Below the pieces are notes generated by a model. That model did no database searches and was not told the DNA's origin. It saw nothing but the letters and a program-made list of their open reading frames with translations. DNA of 63,789 bases, the filler included, from Octopus bimaculoides (Eukaryota): assembly GCF_001194135.2 (NCBI RefSeq). It is 7 parts of 5 records of this genome, joined end to end, with 100 filler letters (N's around TTAATTAATTAA, not from the genome) between each part and the next. Parts side by side here need not be neighbours in the genome. Positions count along the whole stretch, not along the records: positions 61,830 to 63,789 come from NW_026413478.1; 6 more parts are not named here. The stretch is one strand, 5' to 3'. Of the stretch, positions 62,936 through 63,789 are shown one piece after another. How positions within the stretch are numbered: position 1 is the first letter of the stretch; every line of letters begins with the position of its first letter. Position numbers and translations under genes: made by a program.

Positions 62936-63544
62936 TGTTGACATTATTAAGGTATCTCTGTGCTTTTGATGATCTGTGATATAAAAGTCCCCAACTTAAA
63001 AATATAGATACTGGTTGGTAACAAGAGCATCTGGTTGTGAAAACCTGCCTCAGATAACTTACTATCCAAACCTAAACATAAAAAGAAGCTCATTAAACAA
63101 ATAAATGAATTGTCTATGAGGAGTATCAAATATTTCAACACATCAAACTTCCAAGTTTGAATGGGGAAAGCTCCAAACGTATCTTTTCTCTCAGTTAGTC
63201 TGATTTGTTTATTTGAGGTATTAACTCACAATTACACTTCAGCAAGCATGATTCTGTTTGACTATACTCTAGAAGACACAAAAGCAGGTAACCACATGAT
63301 TATATGTTAATGGCTTACTAAATAGCAGAAACAAAATAATTTTCAACTGTAAACACAAAATCACATGGCTGCCTGCTTTTGTCACAAATGAAATCATACC
63401 CAATAATGCATACTTGAGCTCAGTGTTAAAAGTCAACAAATATATTTTGATTGGAAGGAACAAATGGAGGGGACATTAGCCTTGCCCAAATTTATAAATC
63501 CCACCTCTTCTGCTTCATGAGTTTTCTAGTTATAAGAGAAAACA

Positions 63545-63789
63545 AGTGTGGCCATGTGGTTCAGAAGTTTGCTTCCAAATCCTATGATCTTAGGGTCAGC
63601 CCCATTGCACAACACATGATAAGTGTCTTCTACTTTGACTCCAGGGCAACCAAAGCCTCTTGAGTAGATTTGGTAGATGGAAACTGAAAGAAGCATGTTA
63701 TGTGTATGAGTGTGTGTATGTGTGTGTGTCTGCATGTGCGTACAAATGGGGATGTGCATGTTCCCTTGTCTTGATATCATGTAGTGGTT
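63545..63789 (+). mobile_element. SINE family A running off the window end
   Basis: GTGTGGCCATGTGGTTCAGAAGTTTGC...GATTTGGTAGATGGAAACTGAAAGAAGC. Confidence 0.75.

Overview
AT-rich, microsatellite-dense eukaryotic DNA. The tRNA-derived SINE families point to an octopus/coleoid cephalopod genome (inference). The window is a patchwork of seven segments joined by six artificial 100-nt spacers (44 N + TTAATTAATTAA + 44 N), plus many ordinary N gaps, so most long ORFs in the track are artefacts of gaps or microsatellites. The only confidently identified host gene is four C-terminal coding exons of TTC21B/IFT139 (+, 54179-58103). Most remaining recognisable sequence is transposon-derived. It includes a 5'-truncated Penelope-like element (RT + GIY-YIG), a full-length but decayed Tc1 (DD34E) element, an L1/Tx1-like LINE, and R4/Dong-like, RTE, mariner, maT-like and Tigger/pogo remnants. 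There is also a TA-flanked MITE and about 30 SINE copies. The most interesting observation is a 120-nt spliceosomal intron inside the Tc1 transposase, whose C-terminus is encoded within the terminal inverted repeat. Others are retroelements stacked in (TAA)n arrays, a minisatellite built from a SINE Pol III promoter, a 72-nt near-perfect hairpin, and candidate exons of an unidentified minus-strand gene. No CRISPR, rRNA or true tRNA genes were seen. All family assignments come from motif recognition by eye, and element boundaries are approximate unless TSDs or splice sites are quoted.
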